64,000 bases of DNA, from contig JBBIJY010000006.1 in NCBI GenBank assembly GCA_037445735.1, positions 1 through 64,000 on the forward strand, read 5' to 3'. Source of the stretch: Armatimonadota bacterium (lineage in GTDB: Bacteria; Armatimonadota; Fimbriimonadia; Fimbriimonadales; GBS-DC). Position 1 is the first letter of the stretch. The number at the start of each line of letters is the position of its first letter. The translations under genes and the position numbers were made by a program. Positions 38,713 to 48,235 of the stretch are shown here, one piece after another. Under the pieces are notes generated by a model. It had not been told where the DNA came from, searched no databases, and worked only from the letters and a program-made list of their open reading frames with translations.

Positions 38713-39240
38713 ATGGAGTTAGCCTGCGACATCACGCTGAACTCAATCCTGCCGCCAGAGCTGCGCGAAAAGTATCAGAATCCCGAAGTGATTCGGCGCG
38801 TGTTGCACGATGCCCGCACAATTGCGATTGTGGGCATCTCCACCGATAAGTACAAAGCGAGCCACATGGTGGGCGCCTACCTGCAGTATGAGGGCTATCG
38901 GGTTATCCCGGTCAATCCGAACGCCACCGAGATTCTGGGCGAGCGGTGCTACCCCGATGTGGCGAGCATTCCCGATCCGGTGGATGTGATCGACATCTTT
39001 CGCCCTGCACGGGAGTGCCCCGCGATTGTGCAGCAAGCCATCGAGAAGGGCGCATGGTGCGTGTGGATGCAGCTGCGCATCGTGAGCCTGGAGGCGGCGG
39101 CGCTGGCGGAGCGCGCCGGGCTGACCGTGATTATGGACCGCTGTATCAAAATGGAGCACGGTCGCTACAGCGGCAGCCTGCACTGGGTCGGCATGAACAC
39201 GGAGATTATCACCGCTCGTAAGCTGCGCCGCTGGTTCTAA
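38713..39240 (+). CDS. CoA-binding protein (YccU-like)
   Basis: [38 protein letters not shown]. Confidence 0.88.
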   Translation: MELACDITLNSILPPELREKYQNPEVIRRVLHDARTIAIVGISTDKYKASHMVGAYLQYEGYRVIPVNPNATEILGERCYPDVASIPDPVDVIDIFRPARECPAIVQQAIEKGAWCVWMQLRIVSLEAAALAERAGLTVIMDRCIKMEHGRYSGSLHWVGMNTEIITARKLRRWF

Positions 39241-39965
39241 TCCAGCACGGGCAACGCCTCCATCTCGCGGGTGGCGTCGCGCGGGTTCGGCACCAGCTCG
39301 TCGGCGATGATTTTGCCATCCCGAAAGCGCACAATCCGCTTCGCATGCTCGGCGATGTCTTTCTCATGGGTCACCAGCACGATCGTACGCCCCTGCCGAT
39401 TAAGCTGCTGGAAGAGAGCCATAATCTCCTCGCTGGAGCGCGAGTCGAGGTTGCCTGTTGGTTCGTCGGCTAAGATGAGCAGGGGATTGGTGACGATTGC
39501 GCGGGCGATGGCGACGCGCTGCTGTTGACCGCCAGAAAGTTCGTTCGGGCGATGGTGCAGGCGGTCGCCCAGCCCCACCAGCTCCAGAGCGCGTTTCGCC
39601 CGCTCCGTGCGATCCCGCACGCCCGCATAGAGCAGCGGCAGCTCCACATTGCGCAACGCCGTCATGCGCGGCAGCAGATTGAAGGTCTGGAACACGAAGC
39701 CGATATAGCGGTTGCGAATCTGCGCCAGCTGCGCATCGTTCATCGCGCTGACCAGCTCGCCGTTCAGATAATAGTCGCCGCTGGTGGGGCGGTCCAGGCA
39801 GCCGATGATGTTCATAAAAGTGGACTTGCCTGAGCCAGACGGTCCCATAATCGCCACGAACTCGCCGGGCATCACGGTGAGGCTGACCCCACGCAGGGCG
39901 TGAACCACAATCTTGCCCAGCCGATAGTCCTTCGTGATATTCCGTACCTCAATAACGGGTTTCAT
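39237..39965 (-). CDS. ABC transporter ATP-binding protein (MacB/LolD type)
   Basis: [46 protein letters not shown]. Confidence 0.92.
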   Translation of the reverse strand: MKPVIEVRNITKDYRLGKIVVHALRGVSLTVMPGEFVAIMGPSGSGKSTFMNIIGCLDRPTSGDYYLNGELVSAMNDAQLAQIRNRYIGFVFQTFNLLPRMTALRNVELPLLYAGVRDRTERAKRALELVGLGDRLHHRPNELSGGQQQRVAIARAIVTNPLLILADEPTGNLDSRSSEEIMALFQQLNRQGRTIVLVTHEKDIAEHAKRIVRFRDGKIIADELVPNPRDATREMEALPVLD

Positions 39966-39989
39966 CGCCGTTTGCCAGTATACCTTTCG

Positions 39990-40613
39990 TTAAAGTGTGC
40001 GCAGGGCGACACGCGCCGGTGCGCCGTCAGCGTCTTTGAGCTTGAGCGGCATGCAAATCAGCTCATATTCGCCCTCTGGCACCGCGCTCAGGTTCAACCC
40101 CTCTATTATGACGAGTCCCGCGCCGCAAAGTTTGGTGTGAACCACTGGTTCCGGCGCGCCGAACCACTCCACCGAGAGGTAGTCCAGCCCCACCACGCTG
40201 ATGGTGTGTTCAATCAGCCAGTCGGCGGCATCGGCGGTGAGGTATACGAACTTCTTCTGGAAGCCGCGCCGTTGCCAGAGTGTGCTGTTATCCGTTTTAA
40301 TGAGCAGGCGCGTGGTGAGCGGGATGTTCGCCCGCTGGAGCGCGTCGGCAGTAATCGCTTTGTGCCCGCGCAGGTCGGCAACCCACGCCAGCCCAATCAA
40401 CCGATCGAGCGGTATCTGATGCACGCGCTTGCCCCGCTCGTTGAAATGCCAGGGCGCGTCGATGTGCGTGCCCGTGTGCGTGCCCATCATCAGGCGCGAC
40501 AGATTGCAGACCGCGCCCCCCGCGATTCGCAGCATCGGCTCCAGCGCGTAGGGCGCATCGCCCGGATAGATGGGCATCTCTGGCTCCAGCATCACACTGA
40601 TGTCGTAGATCAT
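39990..40613 (-). CDS. Cyclase family / kynurenine formamidase-like hydrolase
   Basis: HTGTHIDAPWHF, GLDYLSVE, IIEGL, DGAPAR. Confidence 0.88.
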   Translation of the reverse strand: MIYDISVMLEPEMPIYPGDAPYALEPMLRIAGGAVCNLSRLMMGTHTGTHIDAPWHFNERGKRVHQIPLDRLIGLAWVADLRGHKAITADALQRANIPLTTRLLIKTDNSTLWQRRGFQKKFVYLTADAADWLIEHTISVVGLDYLSVEWFGAPEPVVHTKLCGAGLVIIEGLNLSAVPEGEYELICMPLKLKDADGAPARVALRTL

Positions 40614-40827
40614 GGCTCCCGCCGATCCCAGATCAGCAATACCGCTTCACGCGACTGGCACTCCGATTTCGCGATGCGCGCTCAGCGCCCTGCGGATGCG
40701 CTCGATAATCGCCACCTGTTCCTCCACGCCCCGCTCCAACCACTGCTTCTGCGCTCATCGGCTTACAGCAGAATTGTACCAGATGAGGGAATGAGCCCCT
40801 TCAGGTACAATCCTCGCTGGTGAGAGC

Positions 40828-41394
40828 ATGGCTGCCCCTCAGTTGAAACACCGGATGAGCGTGGAGGAGTTCTGGGAGCTGTGCAGGGATGGGAAGCCGC
40901 GCGAGCTGGTGCGCGGGGAGGTGCAGGAGAAAATGCCTGCAGGGTTTCGGCACGGACGCATCGCGATGCGGATCGGGCGCCTGATCGACGCCTTTGCCGA
41001 GCAGACAGGCAGCGGTCTCACGGTGGCGGCTGAAACGGGTTTCGTCATTCGGTTGCCTGAGGCGCCGTCGGTGCGTGCGCCCGATGTCGCCTTCATTCGC
41101 CGTGAACGGCTGCCTCAGCCCCTGCCCGAAACCTTTGCCGAGATTGCGCCCGATTTAGTGGTGGAGGTGATTTCGCCCAACGATTCGTACAGCGCGTTGC
41201 GGGAGAAGGTGGACGAATGGCTCTTTGCAGGCGTGAAGGTCATCTGGGTGATTGACCCTCAGCGGCGCGTGGTGGAAGTGTATCAGCCCGACAAGCCTGT
41301 AATGGTGCTGCGTGAGGACGATACCCTCTCGGCGGAATCGGTTCTGCCAGGCTTCGCTTTGCCTGTTCGCGAGATTTTCGCTGGAGTGGAATAA
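40828..41394 (+). CDS. Uma2 family endonuclease (DUF820)
   Basis: ELVRGEV, VRAPDVAFI, APDLVVEVISP, WVIDP, VLPGF. Confidence 0.92.
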   Translation: MAAPQLKHRMSVEEFWELCRDGKPRELVRGEVQEKMPAGFRHGRIAMRIGRLIDAFAEQTGSGLTVAAETGFVIRLPEAPSVRAPDVAFIRRERLPQPLPETFAEIAPDLVVEVISPNDSYSALREKVDEWLFAGVKVIWVIDPQRRVVEVYQPDKPVMVLREDDTLSAESVLPGFALPVREIFAGVE

Positions 41395-41400
41395 AGAGCG

Positions 41401-42345
41401 ATGCGGCTGGGCTGGTATCTGCTTATCTATGCAGGGGCGGTTGGGATTGTGGGAACCGCCCAGAATATTTTGCACATCGAGATTGTTCGGCGCATGGGTT
41501 TCGGTTCAACCCTGCACATAGACCTGTCAGGGTTTCTGCTAACTTTCCTTCCCTTGCTCTCCGCCCCAATCGGTGTGCTGATCCTGCGCCGCAGTGAATG
41601 GCTACCTCTGAGCCTCTGGGTCTATCTGGGTTTCGCGATCCCGACAGCCGTCGGCGGTGGATACCTTCTCTGGCAGCAGGTGGCTTCCTTTCGAATGAGC
41701 ATCGTCGGTGGTGCGATATACACAACCTCAGTCGTTGAAGGCTTCCTGTACAGTCTCAGCCGGGTAGCAGGTAACTACTGGTTTGCGTGGGTCGTGGCTC
41801 TGTGTGCGGTACAATCCCCGCCAGAGAAGTTGACCCGTTTCTGGCGGAAGGGTATCGGTGTTTTTCTTCTTTTGTGGGGCTTGCTCATGCTCTCTCCGCT
41901 TGTGCTTCATTACTGGCTCGGTGATACTGCACAGAGTGGCTCGGACTGGCGCGTGTATGCAAGAGCCGCGCTGATCTCGCTGGACGCGCTGGTGTGGCTG
42001 ACACTGGGTGGGTGCTTGCTGCGGGGCAAAGGCTGGCTCCCAGCGACGGCAGCCGCCATCGTGATGAAAATCGCGCTTTATGTGGCACATCAGCTATTCG
42101 GTTGGGGCATGCGCGTGTCAGTGAGTGGCTGGTCAGGCGCACTGCCGACCACATGGATAGGCTGGCACGATCCCATCGTGCTGACTGAATGGCTGAGCGG
42201 CATGCTCTATTCCGCTCTTCTCGATGTGGCACCCCTCGTACTGATGCTCACTGTTCTCGGTATGGCTTTCCCGCATCGGCTTGCGCATTACGGGGCACTA
42301 TGGCGGCTGTTTCGGCGCCAGCGGCTGGAGCGGATGCGCCTTTAG
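41401..42345 (+). CDS. Hypothetical multi-pass membrane protein
   Basis: 314 aa, about 8 hydrophobic segments, atypical codon usage. Confidence 0.55.
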   Translation: MRLGWYLLIYAGAVGIVGTAQNILHIEIVRRMGFGSTLHIDLSGFLLTFLPLLSAPIGVLILRRSEWLPLSLWVYLGFAIPTAVGGGYLLWQQVASFRMSIVGGAIYTTSVVEGFLYSLSRVAGNYWFAWVVALCAVQSPPEKLTRFWRKGIGVFLLLWGLLMLSPLVLHYWLGDTAQSGSDWRVYARAALISLDALVWLTLGGCLLRGKGWLPATAAAIVMKIALYVAHQLFGWGMRVSVSGWSGALPTTWIGWHDPIVLTEWLSGMLYSALLDVAPLVLMLTVLGMAFPHRLAHYGALWRLFRRQRLERMRL

Positions 42346-43166
42346 CGACGGAGCCTCAACACATCGTTCATCTTGCCGCTACGGTAGCCTTCCAGATCAA
42401 GCGCCACATAGAGGTAGCCCAGCGATTTGAAATGGGCAACAATCGCGCTTGCATGTTCCAGCAGGCGCGGGAAGTCGTCGGGCGGCACCTCGATGCGAGC
42501 GATGGTGTCGTGATGGCGTACCCGTACCTGACGGAAGCCCAGCGCGCGCAGGAACCGTTCCGCCCGATCAACCTGCATCAATCGCTCGCGTGTGATAGGC
42601 ATGCCGTAAGGGAATCGGCTGGACAGGCAGGCGAAAGAGGGTTTATCCCAGATGGGCAGTTCCAGCGCCCGCGCCAGCTCACGGATGTCGGCTTTGCGCA
42701 GTCCCGCCTCCAGCAGCGGTGAGCGCACGCCATGCTCCGCCGCTGCCTGCATGCCGGGGCGATAATCGCCCGTGTCGTCCAGATGGGAGCCATCGGCAAT
42801 CCAGGTGATGCCCTCCTCATCGGCGACGCGCCGCAGTATGCTGAACAGCTCCGTCTTGCAATGATAGCATCGGTCGGGGCGATTGACGCTGAACAGCGGA
42901 TTGCTCAGCTCGTGAGTGCGCACGATTCGCACGCGCACGCCGATCTGCTCGGCGAGGCGCTTCGCCTCTTCAATCTCGCCTTCCGGGAACGCCTCCGATT
43001 CGCCAATCACTGCCAGACAGCGCTCGCCCAGCACCTCGTGCGCGACCCTGACCAGCAGCGTGCTGTCCACCCCGCCCGATAGCCCGATGACCACGCTGCC
43101 CATCTCGCGCAGAATCGCGCGCAACCGCTCATACTTCTGCCCCAGCTCCTGATCCAGCTCTCTCAT
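42342..43166 (-). CDS. larE: LarE-family ATP-dependent sulfur transferase
   Basis: PP-loop SGGVDS, DRCYHCK, DYRPG, SPLLEAG, KPSFACLSSRFPYG, QVRVRHH. Confidence 0.88.
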   Translation of the reverse strand: MRELDQELGQKYERLRAILREMGSVVIGLSGGVDSTLLVRVAHEVLGERCLAVIGESEAFPEGEIEEAKRLAEQIGVRVRIVRTHELSNPLFSVNRPDRCYHCKTELFSILRRVADEEGITWIADGSHLDDTGDYRPGMQAAAEHGVRSPLLEAGLRKADIRELARALELPIWDKPSFACLSSRFPYGMPITRERLMQVDRAERFLRALGFRQVRVRHHDTIARIEVPPDDFPRLLEHASAIVAHFKSLGYLYVALDLEGYRSGKMNDVLRLRR

Positions 43167-43185
43167 GGTTTCTTCGGAAGAACCC

Positions 43186-43213
43186 CGCTGAAGCTGCGCT
43201 TCAGCACCCCACA
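43186..43213. repeat. Dispersed palindrome, second copy of 16701-16729
   Basis: CGCTGAAGCTGCGCTTCAGCACCCCACA versus CGCTGAAGCTGCGCTTCAGCACTCCACA. Confidence 0.7.
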
Positions 43214-43227
43214 TGTCAGACTGGGCG

Positions 43228-43713
43228 TTATTCCATCCAGCCTGGCTCCAGCCCGCTGATTTTGACCACCTTCCACTCCTCATACGGAATGATCAGCCAG
43301 CGGCGCCGATGCTCCCTGCGGAACTCGACCTCCAGCGGACCCGCATTCTGCGATTCGGTGTTGATGTCTTTCCACATGACCTTCACCTCCGTGCGGGCAA
43401 TTGCGCGGTCGCCATGCACTTCGATGATAGGCGGGGTGTAGCTCGCCCGCAGGGCTTCGGCATTTTTGAAAAAATTCGCCAGCTGGTAGCGCAGTTGCTC
43501 CTTGCGCATCCCGCCCCACTCGAAGTCGTCGGCGACCATCGCCATCAGCGTGTCCACATCTTCGCGCTCGAAGGCGCGCTTGCCCTCTTCGAACATCTGC
43601 TCGATGCGCTTTTGCGGGCTGACAGGCTGGGGTGTCGCGATACTGATAACCACCCGCAGGGCAATCAGCAGGAGCACAATCGTGCCGATGATATAGGGCA
43701 GTCGGGTGCGCAT
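43228..43713 (-). CDS. Membrane-anchored NTF2/SnoaL-like protein
   Basis: N-terminal TM; AFEREDVDTLMAMVADDF, IEVHGDRA, WKVV. Confidence 0.65.
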   Translation of the reverse strand: MRTRLPYIIGTIVLLLIALRVVISIATPQPVSPQKRIEQMFEEGKRAFEREDVDTLMAMVADDFEWGGMRKEQLRYQLANFFKNAEALRASYTPPIIEVHGDRAIARTEVKVMWKDINTESQNAGPLEVEFRREHRRRWLIIPYEEWKVVKISGLEPGWME

Positions 43714-43717
43714 GGCA

Positions 43718-44599
43718 TTACCATCCGATAGGGTGCCAGACGGTCTTCATCTCAGTGAAGGGTTCAATCCATTCCAGCCCCTGCGCGGCGTCGCTGTACC
43801 ATTCGGTGCGGCGCCGGCGCGGACTGTGATGGAGGCGCTTGACCGTCTCGGCAGCGCTCGTCTCGAAGGGTGCTCGCGCCTCTTCGGGCACGCCACACAG
43901 GTCGAGCGCGTCCACCTCCACATGGGCGCACAGGTGGGGCAGTAGCTCCTCCCGATAGCCGCTCAGAAGATTCACCACGCCCGCTGGCAAATCGGAGGTT
44001 TCCAGCACTTCCGCGAACGACAAGCCGACCGTCGGGTAGCGCTCGGAGAGAATCACCACGGCGGTGTTACCGCTGACGATCACGGGCGCCAGCAGGCTGG
44101 TGAGCGCGGCGAGCGGCGCATCATCGGGGCAGACCAGCCCCACCACGCCCACCGGCTCTGGCAGGGTGAAGTTATGCATCGGCATCGCGACAGGGTTCAG
44201 ACTGGAGAGTAGCGCGCTCCACTTATCGCTCCAGCCCGCGTAGTGAACCCAGCGGTCGATGCTCACCTCCACCTCGCGCACGGCTTCTGCACGGGCGACG
44301 CCTGTCGCCAGCGCGATCTCCTGCTCGAACGCCTCGCGTCGGCTTTCCAGCATCTCAGCGATGCGATAGAGAATCTGTCCGCGGTTGTAGGGGGTTCGCT
44401 GTGCCCAGCTGAACTGCGCTTTGCGAGCCGCCAGCACGGCGTCGCGCAGGTCTTTGCGCGACGCCTGCGCCACATTCGCCAGAAAGCCGCCCTGCGCGTC
44501 GCGCACCTCGAACGCCCGACCCGACTCGCTGCGCACAAACTGACCGTTGATAAACAGCTTGTAGGTCTTCAGAACACCAGCCCGTGCGTAGGTTCCCAT
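43718..44599 (-). CDS. Short aldehyde dehydrogenase family protein (nucleotide-binding half only)
   Basis: KTYKLFINGQFVRSESGR, RKDLRDAV.AAR, EPVGVVG, GNT.V, LPAGVVN, KTVWHP; 293 aa. Confidence 0.8.
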   Translation of the reverse strand: MGTYARAGVLKTYKLFINGQFVRSESGRAFEVRDAQGGFLANVAQASRKDLRDAVLAARKAQFSWAQRTPYNRGQILYRIAEMLESRREAFEQEIALATGVARAEAVREVEVSIDRWVHYAGWSDKWSALLSSLNPVAMPMHNFTLPEPVGVVGLVCPDDAPLAALTSLLAPVIVSGNTAVVILSERYPTVGLSFAEVLETSDLPAGVVNLLSGYREELLPHLCAHVEVDALDLCGVPEEARAPFETSAAETVKRLHHSPRRRRTEWYSDAAQGLEWIEPFTEMKTVWHPIGW

Positions 44600-44686
44600 C
44601 GTCAGAAGGATACCCCATGCTGGCGATGTTCCGGCGCAGGCAGGACAAAAGCCGCGTACGCCGTATCTCGAATGCAGCTCCTGGCA

Positions 44687-45463
44687 TCAGCTCTTCTCTT
44701 TGAGCGCGAGCAGTTTGCGGGCGAAGCGCGGGATCGCCTGCGCCGGCGGGTCCGTGTACTCATATTCGATGGAGAGGTAGCCGCGATAGCCCGACTGCTT
44801 CAGGATGGCGACAATCCGTTCGTAGTCGAGTTCCACGAAAGCGCCCTGCGGCGTGCGGTAGTGGGTCTTGGCATGCACATTCACCGCGTGGGGCGCCAGC
44901 ATCTCGATCTGGCGGTAGTGCTGGTCAGGGAAGTTGGCGCAGTCCAGCAGCAGCCCGAAGTAGTCGCTTTTGAGAGCCTGCACGAAGCGGAGCGTTTTCT
45001 CGGCGGTCGCGGTCAATCCCCCGTGATTTTCGAGCGCGAGCGTGACGCCCTGCGCTTCAGCGTAGGGCAGCACCTGACGGAAGCCCTCGATCGCCCACTC
45101 CAGCGCGGTCGATTCGGGCACGCCCTCGGGGTAGCGGTCGGCGAACACGCGCAGGAACGGCGCACCGAGCGCGACCGCGATATCGATCCACTGTTTCACC
45201 CGCTCCACTTCGGCTTTGCGCTGGTCGGGGTCGGGCAGGGTGAACTGGTTGCGCATCGCCACACCCGACACCTGCAGTCCGAGCCGAAAGCAGAGCCGCT
45301 TGAGGCTGTTCAGAGTGGCGCGCTGCGTGTCGGGAAAGTAATAGCCCGTCAGCTCCACCCCGTCCAGCCGCATGTCGGCGCAGACGCGGATAAAATCGGC
45401 GAGGCTCATCTCCCCGCGCGTGAGCGCGTCCCGATACGAGTAGGCGCAGCAGCCTATCTTCAT
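44687..45463 (-). CDS. Sugar phosphate isomerase/epimerase (TIM barrel)
   Basis: LALENHGG, LLDCANF, VHAK, GYRGYLSIEYE. Confidence 0.85.
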   Translation of the reverse strand: MKIGCCAYSYRDALTRGEMSLADFIRVCADMRLDGVELTGYYFPDTQRATLNSLKRLCFRLGLQVSGVAMRNQFTLPDPDQRKAEVERVKQWIDIAVALGAPFLRVFADRYPEGVPESTALEWAIEGFRQVLPYAEAQGVTLALENHGGLTATAEKTLRFVQALKSDYFGLLLDCANFPDQHYRQIEMLAPHAVNVHAKTHYRTPQGAFVELDYERIVAILKQSGYRGYLSIEYEYTDPPAQAIPRFARKLLALKEKS

Positions 45464-47212
45464 CTATTCGCCCGAAGCACCAAAGTTGAACAGCACAATC
45501 AGCAGGTCAGCGTCATCCACCGTGCCATCGCCGTTCACATCGGCGGAAGCCTCGCTGCCGCCGAAGGCGAACAGCACGGCTAACAGATCGGCATCGTCGA
45601 TGGTGTTATCGTCGTTCACATCGCCGGGCGTCATGCTGAAGTTGAGGGTGGTGGTTCCCACGATGCTCATCGCGCTGAAGGCACGCGCCAGCACGCGCGG
45701 CGATTTGACCCGCACGCGCCACAGCCCCGCGTTCGACACAGTCGCCGAATAGCTGCCGTCAGGATTGACCGTCGCGCTGGCGGTCTGCGCCACCGTGCCC
45801 GTGAGGGGGTCAATCAGCTGGAAAGTCAGCACGAGAGGGTTGCTTGTGCCCACATAGCCGCTGATGGCGACCGTACCCTGCAAGGTGGTGGGTCTATTCT
45901 CGGTGGAGAGCCACACTTCCCACTCGGTATCAGCAGCATTGCGGGCAGCCCACAGAATCTGGCGATTCGCGTTGACCGCAATCACGAGGCTCTCCGCGTT
46001 GCGCCCCAGCGCCTGCTGGGTGAGGTTAATGCTGCCGTTGCTGCTCCAGCGATAGTAGAACAGGTTCACCTTATTGGCGGTGGCGCTGCTGGAACCGACC
46101 CACACCGCGTTACCGTTATCAAACACGGCATAGCCACTGCTCTGGCGTGCGCCCGACGAGCCGAGCGCCAGCACGCTCGGATTGCGCGTGGCAGCCGGGC
46201 TGAGCTGGGAGACGAACACATCATAGTTGTAGCTGGTGCTTTGCCCCTGCCCTGCCCACAGCACATAGTTGCCAGCAATCGCCACAGGCAACGAGTCGCG
46301 ACTATTGCCCAGCGCCCCACTGGAAAGGTTGATGCTGTTCACAAAGGTGTCAAAGTAGTTACCTGTCGCGCTGGAGCGACCCAACCACAGCACATTGGTG
46401 CCGTCCATATCGTAAGCGGTGGCATCGCGCACGCCGGATCCCAGCGGCGCCGCGCTGATGTTGACTGCGTTGCGGAACACATCCACATTCCCGCCTGTGC
46501 TGCTGCCACCGCCGTACCAGAGGATATTGCCCGAATCGCTGATTTCGACAGCCACAGCAAAGCGCGAGCTGCCCAGCACCGATTGACTGATGTTGGTCGT
46601 GCTGAGCGTATTCAGATTGGTGCGGAACACATCGCGGTTCGCCCCGACGTTGTCGCCTGTGCCATCCCACAGCAGCTCATTGCTGGCGTTGAGGGAGCCA
46701 GGATAGGAATCGCGATTATTGCCCAGTATGGAGGCGGTGATGTTGGTGCTGCCAACGAAGATGTCCAGAAATCCGCCCGTATTGCTGCCGGCACCGTACC
46801 AGACAGGCTGACCCGTGCTGGTGAACCCAAACCCGAACGCCGTTCGATTGCTACCCAGCGCCGACGCGCTGATATTGGTGGTGTTCACGAACACATCAAA
46901 GACGCCACTGGTCGCCGTGCCAGCCCCTTCCCACAGCAGTTCACCATTTGGACCAGATGCAACCGGATTCGCCTGCCGATTACTACCCAGCACACCCGCT
47001 GTGTAGTTGTTCGAACTGGTGATGTAAAAAATGTCCTGATCGGACGAACCCGTTAGTGTGCCCGCCCACGCCGGGATGCCACTCATCGGCAGGATACCAT
47101 AACCGATTTCGCTGAAGCCCTGCCCGATACGCTGATGGGTGAAGGTCTGGGCGTTGCCTGCCATCAGCAGAAGTACGAACCCAAGCCATCCGACGATTCG
47201 TTTCATTGTCAT
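45464..47212 (-). CDS. Secreted repeat protein with Ig-like linker and C-terminal dockerin-like module
   Basis: AAGGAG SD; signal peptide; 8-9 repeats W.G.G..T....DVF....NIS...LG..R; GDVNDDNTIDDADLLAVLFAFG...DVNGDGTVDDADLLIVLFNFG. Confidence 0.8.
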   Translation of the reverse strand: MTMKRIVGWLGFVLLLMAGNAQTFTHQRIGQGFSEIGYGILPMSGIPAWAGTLTGSSDQDIFYITSSNNYTAGVLGSNRQANPVASGPNGELLWEGAGTATSGVFDVFVNTTNISASALGSNRTAFGFGFTSTGQPVWYGAGSNTGGFLDIFVGSTNITASILGNNRDSYPGSLNASNELLWDGTGDNVGANRDVFRTNLNTLSTTNISQSVLGSSRFAVAVEISDSGNILWYGGGSSTGGNVDVFRNAVNISAAPLGSGVRDATAYDMDGTNVLWLGRSSATGNYFDTFVNSINLSSGALGNSRDSLPVAIAGNYVLWAGQGQSTSYNYDVFVSQLSPAATRNPSVLALGSSGARQSSGYAVFDNGNAVWVGSSSATANKVNLFYYRWSSNGSINLTQQALGRNAESLVIAVNANRQILWAARNAADTEWEVWLSTENRPTTLQGTVAISGYVGTSNPLVLTFQLIDPLTGTVAQTASATVNPDGSYSATVSNAGLWRVRVKSPRVLARAFSAMSIVGTTTLNFSMTPGDVNDDNTIDDADLLAVLFAFGGSEASADVNGDGTVDDADLLIVLFNFGASGE

Positions 47213-47318
47213 TCGGCTCCTTTCGGCGTGCAAAAGTGCCCTGCCGGGTTCTCGGCAGGGATGCCACACGCCTGCTATAGTATACCACACTTTTGACCCG
47301 TTGAGGGCGTTGCCTGTT

Positions 47319-48212
47319 TCATGGCAGCGCGGTCTCATGGAACACGCGCCGCAGCGACACACGCCAGATGAGCCAGGTCGCCAGCAGCGTGATCAGGAAC
47401 AGAATCCACGCCATCGCGCACGCATGCCCCATTCGGAAGAACTGGAACGCATTCTGGAACAGATAGAGCGCGTAGAAAAGGGTGCTGTTTTCGGGACCGC
47501 CCTGCGTCGCGATGAAGGTCTGCGTGAAATACTGGAAAGTGCCAATCACGCCCACAATCACCATGTAGAGGATGACGGGCGCAATCTGGGGCAGGGTGAT
47601 GTGGCGGATGAGCTGCCAGCTGCTCGCCCCGTCCAGCAGCGCCGCTTCGTACAGGTGGCTCGGCACGCCCTGCAACGCCGCCAGATAGATAACCATCACG
47701 CCACCGATAGCCCACAGATCCATCACGATAAAGCCCCACTTCGAAGTCGCAGGGTCAGTGAACCAGTTGATAGGCTCCAGCCCGACGCGCACCAGCGCGT
47801 GATTGAGCGGTGCCGCCAGCCCGTTCTGCGGGTTCAGCACCCACAGCCACAGAAACGCCGTCGCGACCGCTGGCACCACGCTCGGCACATAAAACAGCGT
47901 GCGATACAGCGCCTGACCCCGCAACCGCAAATTGAGCAATAATGCCAGCCCGATGCCCAGCACCACGCTCAGCGGCACCTCAAGCATGATAAACAGCGTG
48001 TTGAGCATCGAGCGCCAGAAATAGTCAGGGTCGGTTAGCAAGCTGCGATAGTTCTCCAGCCCCACCCAGCGCGGCGCACTCAGCACCCGATAGTCGCAGA
48101 AGCTCAGGTAGAGCGTTGCCAGAATGGGATAGAGCGTGAATAGCAGAAAGCCCGTCAGCCACGGCAACACGAACAGGTAGCCCCACAGCGTGCGCTGCCA
48201 CTCCCGACTCAT
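47319..48212 (-). CDS. Carbohydrate ABC transporter permease
   Basis: WVGLENY, LALLLN, YLAALQGVPSHLYEAALLDGAS (EAA motif), HITLP. Confidence 0.9.
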   Translation of the reverse strand: MSREWQRTLWGYLFVLPWLTGFLLFTLYPILATLYLSFCDYRVLSAPRWVGLENYRSLLTDPDYFWRSMLNTLFIMLEVPLSVVLGIGLALLLNLRLRGQALYRTLFYVPSVVPAVATAFLWLWVLNPQNGLAAPLNHALVRVGLEPINWFTDPATSKWGFIVMDLWAIGGVMVIYLAALQGVPSHLYEAALLDGASSWQLIRHITLPQIAPVILYMVIVGVIGTFQYFTQTFIATQGGPENSTLFYALYLFQNAFQFFRMGHACAMAWILFLITLLATWLIWRVSLRRVFHETALP

Positions 48213-48235
48213 CTTGCACCCTTCCAGAGCATACC

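Noticed and set aside
40647-40754. 35-aa minus-strand frame AQKQWLERGVEEQVAIIERIRRALSAHREIGVPVA, reminiscent of a nucleotidyltransferase N-terminus
   Set aside because: Too short and lacks the diagnostic GS / DxD motifs; cannot be supported.
40828-41394. Uma2 and YraN nucleases as a defence system
   Set aside because: Both are common stand-alone genes, with no neighbouring defence components here.
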